Assembly (NCBI GenBank): GCA_003164295.1
Contig: PLTA01000012.1
Span: 6,331-70,330, forward strand
Direction of reading: 5' to 3'
Length of the DNA: 64,000 bases
From: Candidatus Bathyarchaeota archaeon
GTDB lineage: Archaea; Thermoproteota; Bathyarchaeia; Bathyarchaeales; Bathycorpusculaceae
Within the stretch, counting starts at the first letter, position 1, and each line of letters opens with the position of its first letter. Of the stretch, positions 39,679 to 48,448 are shown piece by piece. The notes beneath the pieces were generated by a model that ran no database searches, was not told the DNA's origin, and saw only the letters and a program-made list of their open reading frames with translations. The translations under genes and the position numbers were made by a program.

Positions 39679-40416
39679 TTAAATTCCTGCTTTCCCGATT
39701 TCTTTTACGTAAACAACTACTGGGGGTTCAGGAAGTTTTGAGGCTGCATCATTGTTGCTGATGTTGTTGTTGACGACGTGTTCAGCGTAAATTTTGGTGG
39801 ATCTGGGCACTTGAGATTGATCGCCCAGTAATACGCTTGCAAGTTTGCTTTTGGTCTGTTCATAATCTGTTTTTTCTGAAGATGCACGTTTGAGAGTTTC
39901 TTGTAGCAGAGTGAAAGCGGATTTGTAGGTTTCTTCATCGACTTTTCCGATTTCATGTTCAATTTCCAAGTTAGCAATAGCATAGCTCAAAGATGTTATT
40001 TCTTCTCGGCAGCGTTCAATCTCAACAACGGATTCATCAATAATGACTTGAGCATCCTTCTTGAACTGGGTTAAGACTGTTCCGAAACTTTGGTGCAGGT
40101 CCTGAAAAACGTCTGGAGCAATTTTTTTCTTCTCAAGAAGGTCTTTGAGAGCTTCGTCTTTGCGCCAAATTAATGGAATATGGTCACACAGCGTACCTGC
40201 TTGAGATTTAATTTTTGTTACAAAGGTTATTTCAGCACCATTAAATCTCAAGTTTTCCATAGGCTGTTTTGTAAATTGGCCATCACCAAATTCCACATAA
40301 ACGGCGTCAAATTTCCCATCGGGTGTTAATGCGAAAGATGCAACTTTACCAATTATTCGTCCATAATCATTCTTTATAGGTTTACCAATACAAAGAAAAA
40401 GATTGGAGTTAGACAT
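39679..40416 (-). CDS. cdvA: CdvA-like cell division protein
   Basis: N-terminal PRC-barrel (IGKPIKNDYGRIIGKV), coiled coil with LEIEHEIGKVDEETY, C-terminal beta-strand VVVYVKE. Confidence 0.85.
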   Translation of the reverse strand: MSNSNLFLCIGKPIKNDYGRIIGKVASFALTPDGKFDAVYVEFGDGQFTKQPMENLRFNGAEITFVTKIKSQAGTLCDHIPLIWRKDEALKDLLEKKKIAPDVFQDLHQSFGTVLTQFKKDAQVIIDESVVEIERCREEITSLSYAIANLEIEHEIGKVDEETYKSAFTLLQETLKRASSEKTDYEQTKSKLASVLLGDQSQVPRSTKIYAEHVVNNNISNNDAASKLPEPPVVVYVKEIGKAGI

Positions 40417-40436
40417 TTGTGTTTTATCCTCCTATT

Positions 40437-41096
40437 TTAGAAACTCTGTGTTGATTTTTCTGATTGTGGGGCTGAGGGCATTCCTGGGGGCAGATCTGGG
40501 AACTTGTCTTTTATCTTTTGTTCTGCAACTGTGGCTGCTTCTGCAAGAATTTTTGATGCGTCCTCGTTTACTGAGTCAAAGTTCAATGTCATTCCGCTGC
40601 CTTGGCCTGCTTCAATCATGATACCGCTAAGCATGTTGCCAATTTCGCCTAGTTCACTTTCTGCTTCTGGAAACACACTTGTTAAGCCTGATCTGACTGA
40701 ACGCAGAACACCTACAGCTGGTCCTAAGGTTGAAACTACGTCGCCTAATTCTGAGACTGTTCGTAATCTTAATGTAATTTGTTCTAATGCAAGTTTGGCA
40801 TTCATTATTAACTTTGACATTTTTCTGACTTCAGCTAGTTCGTTGGCGAAAACATTTGCGCGTGCACTGTCATGTTTTGCGTATGCGTCGACTATGCGTG
40901 CGAAGATTGCTTTGTCTCTTTGGCCGAATCTGTCTGTTGCTTGGTCAAGCTTCTGCACTTGAAGCTCAATGCGTCTCACAGCGAAGTCTAGTCGTGGTTT
41001 TAGTGGTCCTGGTGGTTTTACTGCGTCCTTTATGCGATTTTGGAATGGCTCTTCGTCCCGTTTACTTTCCCACTTTTTTGCAAATCTTTCTGACAA
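40437..41096 (-). CDS. ESCRT-III/Snf7 protein (CdvB1/B2-like, no wH)
   Basis: ARANVFANELAEVRKM, LALEQITLRLRTVSELGD, EDASKILAEA, KFPDLP MIM2-like. Confidence 0.88.
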   Translation of the reverse strand: MSERFAKKWESKRDEEPFQNRIKDAVKPPGPLKPRLDFAVRRIELQVQKLDQATDRFGQRDKAIFARIVDAYAKHDSARANVFANELAEVRKMSKLIMNAKLALEQITLRLRTVSELGDVVSTLGPAVGVLRSVRSGLTSVFPEAESELGEIGNMLSGIMIEAGQGSGMTLNFDSVNEDASKILAEAATVAEQKIKDKFPDLPPGMPSAPQSEKSTQSF

Positions 41097-41165
41097 TTTG
41101 ATTACCTCTTGAATGTCAAAATGTTAAAAACAATCTTATACATTGTTACTATGATCAAGATATGC

Positions 41166-41177
41166 ACGTATATACGT
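41166..41177. promoter_or_regulatory. Perfect palindrome ACGTATATACGT upstream of cdv operon
   Basis: 12-bp self-complementary sequence containing TATATA, ~70 nt upstream of the first cdv gene. Confidence 0.4.
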
Positions 41178-41322
41178 AGAGCTATATGTCACATAAAAAA
41201 GTCCATAGAGCTTTAACTATTAGAGTTAAAGACACCATAAGCACCAATCTGTTTAGACAGAAATATGTAAGTTAGACTAAAAAGAAGCGCGAAGCAATCC
41301 TAAAATAAAAAAGGTGAAGTGA

Positions 41323-41547
41323 ATGAATAGCAGATTAAAAATATTCGGTTTAATAGCTCTGTTAGGTTTCGTAGCAGGCGTCATAGCGCAACTCACAGCA
41401 GTCTACCTTATCCCGTGGATGGTCTCCGTTCTGCCGTTGCTCGGTGGAATGACAAGCTTCATGATCTCAGGCTTTGCCGGAGCAGTCATAACAATTGCCA
41501 TAGTCGGCGCTTGGGTATACATGACCGGTAAAAAAGAGCCCTACTAA
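41323..41547 (+). CDS. Small two-TM membrane protein divergent from cdv operon
   Basis: AGGTGA SD, two hydrophobic helices. Confidence 0.7.
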   Translation: MNSRLKIFGLIALLGFVAGVIAQLTAVYLIPWMVSVLPLLGGMTSFMISGFAGAVITIAIVGAWVYMTGKKEPY

Positions 41548-41752
41548 ACATAGAGCTCTCCAATCTCTTTCTTTATTGAACCCTAACTTTTTAGAATAAA
41601 AAATTCAGGCATTTTTTAATAATAATGTTAATCCCACTTTGTCTACCCTAATTTGCCCTTTGCACATAATACAAACCTTGCAGACTCTCCATCGCAAACT
41701 CACACAAACAATATAGTCCAATGATGGAGCTAACGGGTCTCAGACCCCATTA

Positions 41753-41773
41753 CGGACCGGGCGGGATTTGAAC
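41753..41773 (-). other. tRNA 3'-end fragment (att-site-like)
   Basis: Minus strand GTTCAAATCCCGCCCGGTCCG = T-loop, 3' T-stem, acceptor strand, G73; matching 5' T-stem and rest of tRNA absent. Confidence 0.6.
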
Positions 41774-42081
41774 GCGACTTACGAGTTGCTAACAGACTAA
41801 ACGCCTTATTCAAAACATTTCCGCTACCACTAACTTGGTTTTTATTTTGGACTCAATAGCGGAAAAAGACTTCACAAGCTTCCAGCATTAATTCCCCGCC
41901 TTCCGCTTCATCGTACCTCGATTTTCTCATCGTCCAAATCTATAGGAATCTACGGACTTTATTTGCATTTCCCAGTACATTACTTGAAAAGCTTCGGGTT
42001 TGTTCTCATGTGTTTTTTTCTTGAGGCACAATCAATAATGTTTATTAAGTCGTAATATACAATTCAATTTTAAGGACCCAC

Positions 42082-42579
42082 TTGAAAGTCAAAAAGACAA
42101 TCCCAATTGCAATAGGGGCAATAGTAATTCTCGGAATAATCCTCTCAGTGTACACTTCGGGCATACTTACAACCCAACCACCAACCAAGATAACCAACAA
42201 CTTAGGTGGAACAAGCAATAATTTAGACGATAATCTAACCGGAAGTGAATTAACTTCAACTAACATTGGCGTCTACATCGATGCAGCAGCAACAATCAAT
42301 TGCACAAACATCAGCTGGGGAAGCCCAAATCCAGGTGACTCAATAAATCAAACCGTTTACATTAAGAACACAGGCAACTCAACCGAACAACTTAGTTTAA
42401 CCGCTACAAACTGGAATCCGACCATTGCCAATTCATTTTTGACGTTAACATGGGATAAAGAAGGCTACTCATTATTACCGGGCACAGTTGTTCCTGCCAC
42501 TTTGACTCTTACAGTTGCATCAGAAACAGGATCTTTGACCACTTTCAGCTTTGACATCAATATTTCAGGTACAAGTTAA
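42082..42579 (+). CDS. Membrane-anchored exported hypothetical protein (Ig-like)
   Basis: N-terminal TM, Thr/Asn-rich beta domain ISWG.PNPG, YIKNTGN. Confidence 0.7.
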   Translation: MKVKKTIPIAIGAIVILGIILSVYTSGILTTQPPTKITNNLGGTSNNLDDNLTGSELTSTNIGVYIDAAATINCTNISWGSPNPGDSINQTVYIKNTGNSTEQLSLTATNWNPTIANSFLTLTWDKEGYSLLPGTVVPATLTLTVASETGSLTTFSFDINISGTS

Positions 42580-42666
42580 ATTGGTCATTTTATTTTTTTT
42601 GGATAAATGATAATGAAGTTTAGCCAGAATTTCCACTATTTATCTATATAGTTTATAGAAAAAATT

Positions 42667-43167
42667 ATGTTAAATTCTAGAATAATTGTTAAATACCATG
42701 AAACAATCAACATGTATAAAGAGATGGAAGAGAGAGTGCCAGTTACCAACGATTCGACATCTGATTGTTCAATTGATAACAAAGCTAAAGCACAAAAGGA
42801 ACTAGTTGAAGCTCTTAAAGATCAATGGAAACTTTTATGGAGCGAACGTTATAACGACAAAGTAAGAGCAGAAGCAGTTTCAGAGAAAGACTACGAAATC
42901 TTGTACCTGGAAAGAGGCACAGTCATTAGCGCTACAAGAGATTTTAAAGTATTAAGTTTTAAAGACATTCTGGAAAAGCACATGATTGAGCAACCAGACC
43001 GTTTTATTCAACCAAATGTCAATGTAGGAGGCTGGAAAAAGTTCGTAAAAACCAACATCAGCAACAACAAGCCTCAGAGAAACAATTGCACTTTAGAAAA
43101 AGTTTCTAAAAAACAGGCAACTCAGCAATCAAAGAAAAACCGACCCGGTTGGCTTCACGCCACCTAA
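42667..43167 (+). CDS. Hypothetical protein
   Basis: 166-aa open frame, protein-like composition, ends GWLHAT; start uncertain. Confidence 0.6.
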   Translation: MLNSRIIVKYHETINMYKEMEERVPVTNDSTSDCSIDNKAKAQKELVEALKDQWKLLWSERYNDKVRAEAVSEKDYEILYLERGTVISATRDFKVLSFKDILEKHMIEQPDRFIQPNVNVGGWKKFVKTNISNNKPQRNNCTLEKVSKKQATQQSKKNRPGWLHAT

Positions 43168-43339
43168 TCGGGATTTTACTAAAATTGGTACATATTAGCA
43201 GTCAAACTCTATTATGATAAAAATAAATAACCGTTCTTTTAATTTCATTTCAGCAGTTTCAGTGGGAGTAAGGGTATTTGCTGCAACTATTATCGGACTA
43301 ATGGTGATTTCTTTAATCTTCACTAAGTTGAGGTAATCG

Positions 43340-44785
43340 ATAACGCAGAAAAATAGAAATATCTGGATAGCCACTGCCCTAATCGTACTAGTTGTCATTT
43401 CTTTTTTTGTAGCATTGTATGGGTTAAGTGTTCCAGCCAAAAAAACTTCAAGTTCACGCATCCCTTTTGTTGGAATTGAAACTGGATGGAACAGCAATGT
43501 CTCGGATTGCAAACTATTGATTGATAAAGTCAAGAACTATACAAATCTCTTCATTATAGCTTCGCCACTTATCATCAGTAATGAAGAGTTACTTAATCAA
43601 ACATGCGAATATGCGTATAACGCTGGCATGTATTTTATGCCCGCATATTACCAAGACATATTCGGTCACGCAAACATCAATTACACCCCATCCGAATGGT
43701 TTATATCTGCAAAAGAGAGATATGGCGATAAGTTACTAGGAATTTATTTTTATGATGAACCAGCCGGAAACCAACTGGACGAGACCATAAATTTAACGTC
43801 AAACAACGTTTACAACATCACTAGTGCACCTACTAGTTACATGGATTATGCTAACTGGTATTTTCACATTTGGGAACAGGGTAACGGTGTTTCAACCGCT
43901 GCTAACTTTACACATACTTTTGATTCTTCACTGTTTGCATCAGATTACGCATTATACTGGTTTGACTATAAGCTTGGATATGACACAATTTTAGCGGAGT
44001 TTGGATGGAATAATAGTAGACCACTACAAATTGCTCAGGTGAGAGGAGCCGCTAATGTTCAAAATAAAAATTGGGGTGCTATCATAACTTGGACGTACAA
44101 TCAAACTCCCTACTTGGAAAATGGAACTCAACTTTACAATGATATGGTTTTAGCTTATAATTCAGGTGCAAAATACATTGTAATCTATGATTCCTCTCAA
44201 AATTACACAAGCTCCACGTTAACGGAAAATCACTATGAGATGTTAAAGAGCTTTTGGAATTACATGATGCAGAACCCTGACAAGCAGGGCAGTCTTAAGG
44301 CTGATACGGCTTTGGTTCTCCCTCAAGATTACGGATTTGGTTTCGGGAGCCCCACGAGCTCAGTTTGGCAGGATCATCAAGCAGATAATTGGACCGAAAA
44401 GCTATATAGTGATGTTACAACTTTTGTGAACCAGCACACTCCAAAAGTAGATATAATGTTTAATGACCCTGAATTTCAAGGTTCGATCCAAAATAAATAC
44501 GACAAAGTGCTATATTGGCCCAAAGACTTTGAATCAAACATTTCTTACCCCATAATAGATCTAAGCAATGGTTTAGGCTACAATACTATTCAAGAGGCAA
44601 TATCTTCATACGCCACTTATCAAAACGACACAATTCTAATTAAGCCCTCAACGTACCACGAACAATTTGATGCAACCAAATCAGTGATATTAACTAGCCA
44701 AACCAATCAAACCATAGAAATTTCTAACTTAGGCCACAACTTAAATTTAACAATAACTAACGGCCAAATGATACTTTCAACTTAA
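43340..44785 (+). CDS. Exported protein, possible glycoside-hydrolase-like TIM barrel
   Basis: LGIYFYDEP motif, aromatic-rich; in-frame signal anchor upstream of the TTG at 43415 implies a start near 43340. Confidence 0.6.
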   Translation: MTQKNRNIWIATALIVLVVISFFVALYGLSVPAKKTSSSRIPFVGIETGWNSNVSDCKLLIDKVKNYTNLFIIASPLIISNEELLNQTCEYAYNAGMYFMPAYYQDIFGHANINYTPSEWFISAKERYGDKLLGIYFYDEPAGNQLDETINLTSNNVYNITSAPTSYMDYANWYFHIWEQGNGVSTAANFTHTFDSSLFASDYALYWFDYKLGYDTILAEFGWNNSRPLQIAQVRGAANVQNKNWGAIITWTYNQTPYLENGTQLYNDMVLAYNSGAKYIVIYDSSQNYTSSTLTENHYEMLKSFWNYMMQNPDKQGSLKADTALVLPQDYGFGFGSPTSSVWQDHQADNWTEKLYSDVTTFVNQHTPKVDIMFNDPEFQGSIQNKYDKVLYWPKDFESNISYPIIDLSNGLGYNTIQEAISSYATYQNDTILIKPSTYHEQFDATKSVILTSQTNQTIEISNLGHNLNLTITNGQMILST

Positions 44786-44904
44786 AAGTGAGCTCAAAAT
44801 CATTAAAATTCAAATTAATGGTAACCCCCTTGTTTCGCATAGAAGCGTTTGTTGTAGGCATAAGACAATCACAACGACTAAAGAACTCCGAATAATGCTC
44901 ATTC

Positions 44905-45495
44905 ATGGGGAAAAAGATGAAAATTGCTATTATTGGAAAAGGCAACGTTGGCACCGCATTATGCAACGGCTTAAGCGGCAAACATGAAACAAAGTTCGGT
45001 CACCGAGACCCTGCCGAACCTGTTGCTGACGCAGCGAAATGGGGGGAAGTAATTATTCTTGCAGTACCACATAACAATGCAAATGAAGCCATAGAAGAAA
45101 TAAGCCCTTACGCCGACGGAAAAACAGTAATTGATGTCATTAATGCAGTGGGTTCAAATGGCGAGTTGGAAATAAGTTGTACTACTTCTTCGGCTGAAGA
45201 GACCCAAAAGAAACTGCCTAAAGCTCATGTTGTGAAAGCGTTTAACACTGTGTTTGCAAGAAATCAGAGCACAGGTAAAGTGGGCAACGAGCAAATAACA
45301 GCTTTCATTGCAGGTGACGATTTAAAATCGAAACAAATCGTGGCTCAGCTAACGCGGGATATCGGCTTTAATCCAATTGATTGTGGCCCCCTAAAAGCAT
45401 CAAGGTATCTGGAAGCCATGGGAATGCTGATAATTAACTTAGCCTATGTTTATGGAGCAGGACCAAAAATAGGCTACAAACTAGTAAAAGCATAA
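44905..45495 (+). CDS. F420_oxidored family NADP oxidoreductase
   Basis: IIGKGNVG, VIILAVP, IDVIN, VVKAFNT, AGDD, G.PIDCGPL. Confidence 0.85.
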   Translation: MGKKMKIAIIGKGNVGTALCNGLSGKHETKFGHRDPAEPVADAAKWGEVIILAVPHNNANEAIEEISPYADGKTVIDVINAVGSNGELEISCTTSSAEETQKKLPKAHVVKAFNTVFARNQSTGKVGNEQITAFIAGDDLKSKQIVAQLTRDIGFNPIDCGPLKASRYLEAMGMLIINLAYVYGAGPKIGYKLVKA

Positions 45496-45520
45496 ACTAA
45501 CTAGGTAAATTTTTACTGAG

Positions 45521-45913
45521 TTAATGCAGAGCTAAGCTTGCTGTTAACACAATGAGTACAAAAAGTGTAATCAAAACATATTTGTAATGTTTTTCCCATG
45601 CGAAATAGATGACTGAAGTTATTGCTCGGATATAAGGGGTTAAAATCAAGATTATTAACCCAAGTGTGATAAAAACAAGTGCATTTTGTGAACCAAATAC
45701 ATGTTGAAACTGGTTGATTATGAAGGCAAAAAAGTTTTGTCCGCTGATAAACACACTTTTGTCCTGTGAAATCTGCAGGTTACCATATGTCCCATAGAAA
45801 AGTGCTATGCCGATAACTTCGAAGACTACACTGACGACGACGCCGATTATCAGTATGTAACTTATTATGGCTTCCAGTTGTGACTCGCCACTACCTAGGC
45901 TTTGGGTTGTCAT
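45521..45913 (-). CDS. DUF1634 family membrane protein
   Basis: LGLIILILTPYIR motif; coupled to TauE exporter. Confidence 0.8.
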   Translation of the reverse strand: MTTQSLGSGESQLEAIISYILIIGVVVSVVFEVIGIALFYGTYGNLQISQDKSVFISGQNFFAFIINQFQHVFGSQNALVFITLGLIILILTPYIRAITSVIYFAWEKHYKYVLITLFVLIVLTASLALH

Positions 45914-46737
45914 AGGGCGGTAACTCCTTTGTATAGCATCTGAATAATGAGTAATGTAACAATTATGAGGAAGAGGATTCGGAGGTTTCGGTCGCGAACT
46001 TTGTTGAGTAATTTTCCGCCGGCAACTGCGCCGATCGTGACGCCTACAGCCATTGGCGCCATTAAAGTTACATTCAAAAGTCCAGAGAAAAGATAAACGC
46101 TTACACCTGCTAAAGCAGTCATCCCTATTATGAAGGTGCTCGTAGCACTAGACACTTTAGCAGGCATTTTTAGAACTTTTTCGTGCACAATAACTTTAAA
46201 GGCCCCAGCACCGATTCCAAGCATCCCCGCGGCGAGTCCAGCGACAAACATGCCTAAACCGCCCAGAATCGAGTTTGTGCACCGATATTTGATTACTTGC
46301 TTTGTTGATTCGTCGTAGTAGCTTCCTTCAAGACCCAGCCATCTTGAAATTCTATCTTGTTTTTCTGGAGGTGTGTAAGCTTTGAAAGAGCTTCTGACTT
46401 TGATAAATGATGTAAGAAGGAATGCAGCGAAAAGGAAGTAGAGAAAAATTGGCGCTATTATAACTGTGATCGTTGCTCCTGCGATGTCGCCGATGATGGT
46501 GAACATTTCAAGGTACATAGCTATTTTTATGTTTGTTATTTTTTGCCTGACAAACGATGAGGCTGAACCACTAGACGTAGCTATAATGGCGACCATTCCG
46601 CATGCCACGGCCTCCTTAACTGGAATCCCGAGCAAAACCAAGATAGGGGTTAGGATGCTGGCGCCGCCAAGACCAGTTAGGGAGCCAAGTAAACCAACTG
46701 CAATAGACATTAGCAATAGCGAAATCATGTCAAGCAA
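45910..46737 (-). CDS. TauE/SafE sulfite exporter family
   Basis: GSLTGLGGA, IATSSGS, GMLGIGAG repeats, ~8 TM. Confidence 0.88.
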   Translation of the reverse strand: MLDMISLLLMSIAVGLLGSLTGLGGASILTPILVLLGIPVKEAVACGMVAIIATSSGSASSFVRQKITNIKIAMYLEMFTIIGDIAGATITVIIAPIFLYFLFAAFLLTSFIKVRSSFKAYTPPEKQDRISRWLGLEGSYYDESTKQVIKYRCTNSILGGLGMFVAGLAAGMLGIGAGAFKVIVHEKVLKMPAKVSSATSTFIIGMTALAGVSVYLFSGLLNVTLMAPMAVGVTIGAVAGGKLLNKVRDRNLRILFLIIVTLLIIQMLYKGVTAL

Positions 46738-46855
46738 ATGGAGCTCTCCACAAAAAATGCCGAAACAAGTTATTATTCTTCTTGCTTTTTTTTAAATTAG
46801 ATTAATAGTATTTGCGGCTTGACTTTAGGTGACTCTAGGGTTGGCTGGAGAGCAA

Positions 46856-47377
46856 CTATGCGGGCGAGATTTTCACGCAATAATTTGCAAGCAGCTGCTT
46901 CATCTCATCTAAACTAGTCTGTGTAGATACCCTCTGGAAAACCTCCACAAAGGCCTGCATGTACGCGTAAACAGCGAAATTAGTAGGATCACCTTCAGAG
47001 GGTATTTGGCTTTCAAACTTTGACAAAACCATGTTCATTTCGTTTTGGATACCGCTGTATTTTTCAAAGGATGCCTTCAAGTTGGAGTCGTTGAGTTTAG
47101 GTGCAAAGAACTGTGCGGGCAAATCATATTTCAACGCCGTTACACGGTAAAATTTTTTCTCTAAATTGCCTACTTTTTCGACTCCAACCAACTCTACCAA
47201 CTTCGCTCTTTGCAGTTGCTGGATTCTTCGCCAAAGCTTCAAAGTTGGAATGTTTAGTTGCCTTGAAAGGTCGGATATTGATTGAGGAGCCATTACGAGT
47301 TTCTGTAGAATGATTCGGTTGAGGGCATCAGATACCAAAACAGCGCCTTTTCCGTCTAGAATTTTAATTAGTTTCAT
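46856..47377 (-). CDS. ArsR-like winged-helix regulator
   Basis: RIILQKL...SISDLSRQLNIPTLKLWRRIQQLQRAKLV...EKKFY. Confidence 0.75.
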   Translation of the reverse strand: MKLIKILDGKGAVLVSDALNRIILQKLVMAPQSISDLSRQLNIPTLKLWRRIQQLQRAKLVELVGVEKVGNLEKKFYRVTALKYDLPAQFFAPKLNDSNLKASFEKYSGIQNEMNMVLSKFESQIPSEGDPTNFAVYAYMQAFVEVFQRVSTQTSLDEMKQLLANYCVKISPA

Positions 47378-47455
47378 AAAATGAAAACGCTTTCTACCAC
47401 CTTATATAGGTTATCTGAGACAATAGCTCTAAAGATCACTGTGGAGAAAGCCGAA

Positions 47456-48448
47456 ATGAACAACGTTGACAACAAAGAAGCGACATGGAAAGCCTTAGAC
47501 ACCCCCATAAATGGAACCATTACGACGCCAACAGACAAACAATCCCATCCCGCCATCGTCTTAGTTGCTGGTAGCGGCCCAACCGATAGAAACTGGTGCT
47601 CTCCACTCCTACTGGGAGAAAACGGCAGTGGCAAACTGCTAGCCGAAATGCTGGCAAAATGTGGCTTTGTGACATTGCGTTATGATAAACTTGCTTCTGG
47701 ACCACATGTTAAAGAAAACATACCTAAACTTATCGGCAAAATAAGCATGCAAAGTCACCTAGAAGAACTCAAAGGCGCAGTTGATACACTTATCAGCGAG
47801 AAAAATGTAGACAAGGATAATCTTTTTGTGTTAACCAACAGTGAAGGAGCCATCCACGCCGTCAATTATCAACTTCAAGCAAAAAGTAAAAGTTTCAAGG
47901 GGTTACTGCTTACCGGAGCGCCTGGCAGAGCCGTTGGCGAATTAAGTCGCAGCCAAATCTACAACCAAATCAAGCAGATACCTAACGCTGATGACTTGAT
48001 GAAACCTTATGACGACGCAATCACCCAGTTTCTATCCGGCAAACCCATGGCAATGGACCCCTCGCTTCCTGATGGAATAAAACTGTTGCTGAATAGCTTG
48101 GAAACCGCTGCTAACTTGCCGTTTAGCCGAGAATTATGGATGTATAGGTTGCCGGAACACTTTGCAAAAATAAATGAACCTACCCTTGTGCTAATCGGCA
48201 AAAAAGATATCCAGGTTGATTGGAAGATAGATGGAGAGCTGCTTGAAAAAGCAAATGTAAAGAAAAAGGCAACCACGTTTGTTTATCCAGAAAACGCCAA
48301 CCACGTGCTAAAACACGAAAACAAACCTCAGGAAGAACTAACTGCTCAATATGTAAGTCTACACTACAATTCGTCCGATACAGTGCTCGATGAGGAAGCG
48401 GTAAACGCAATTTTAGATTGGCTAGGCAAGCAAACTAAGGCTTTTTGA
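47456..48448 (+). CDS. Alpha/beta hydrolase
   Basis: AGSGPTDRN, LRYDK, NSEG nucleophile elbow, GKKDIQV, NHVLK. Confidence 0.85.
   Translation: MNNVDNKEATWKALDTPINGTITTPTDKQSHPAIVLVAGSGPTDRNWCSPLLLGENGSGKLLAEMLAKCGFVTLRYDKLASGPHVKENIPKLIGKISMQSHLEELKGAVDTLISEKNVDKDNLFVLTNSEGAIHAVNYQLQAKSKSFKGLLLTGAPGRAVGELSRSQIYNQIKQIPNADDLMKPYDDAITQFLSGKPMAMDPSLPDGIKLLLNSLETAANLPFSRELWMYRLPEHFAKINEPTLVLIGKKDIQVDWKIDGELLEKANVKKKATTFVYPENANHVLKHENKPQEELTAQYVSLHYNSSDTVLDEEAVNAILDWLGKQTKAF

Noticed and set aside
41700-41830. Complete tRNA gene
   Set aside because: Only the T-loop to discriminator is present; the 5' T-stem strand does not pair and no D or anticodon arm is found
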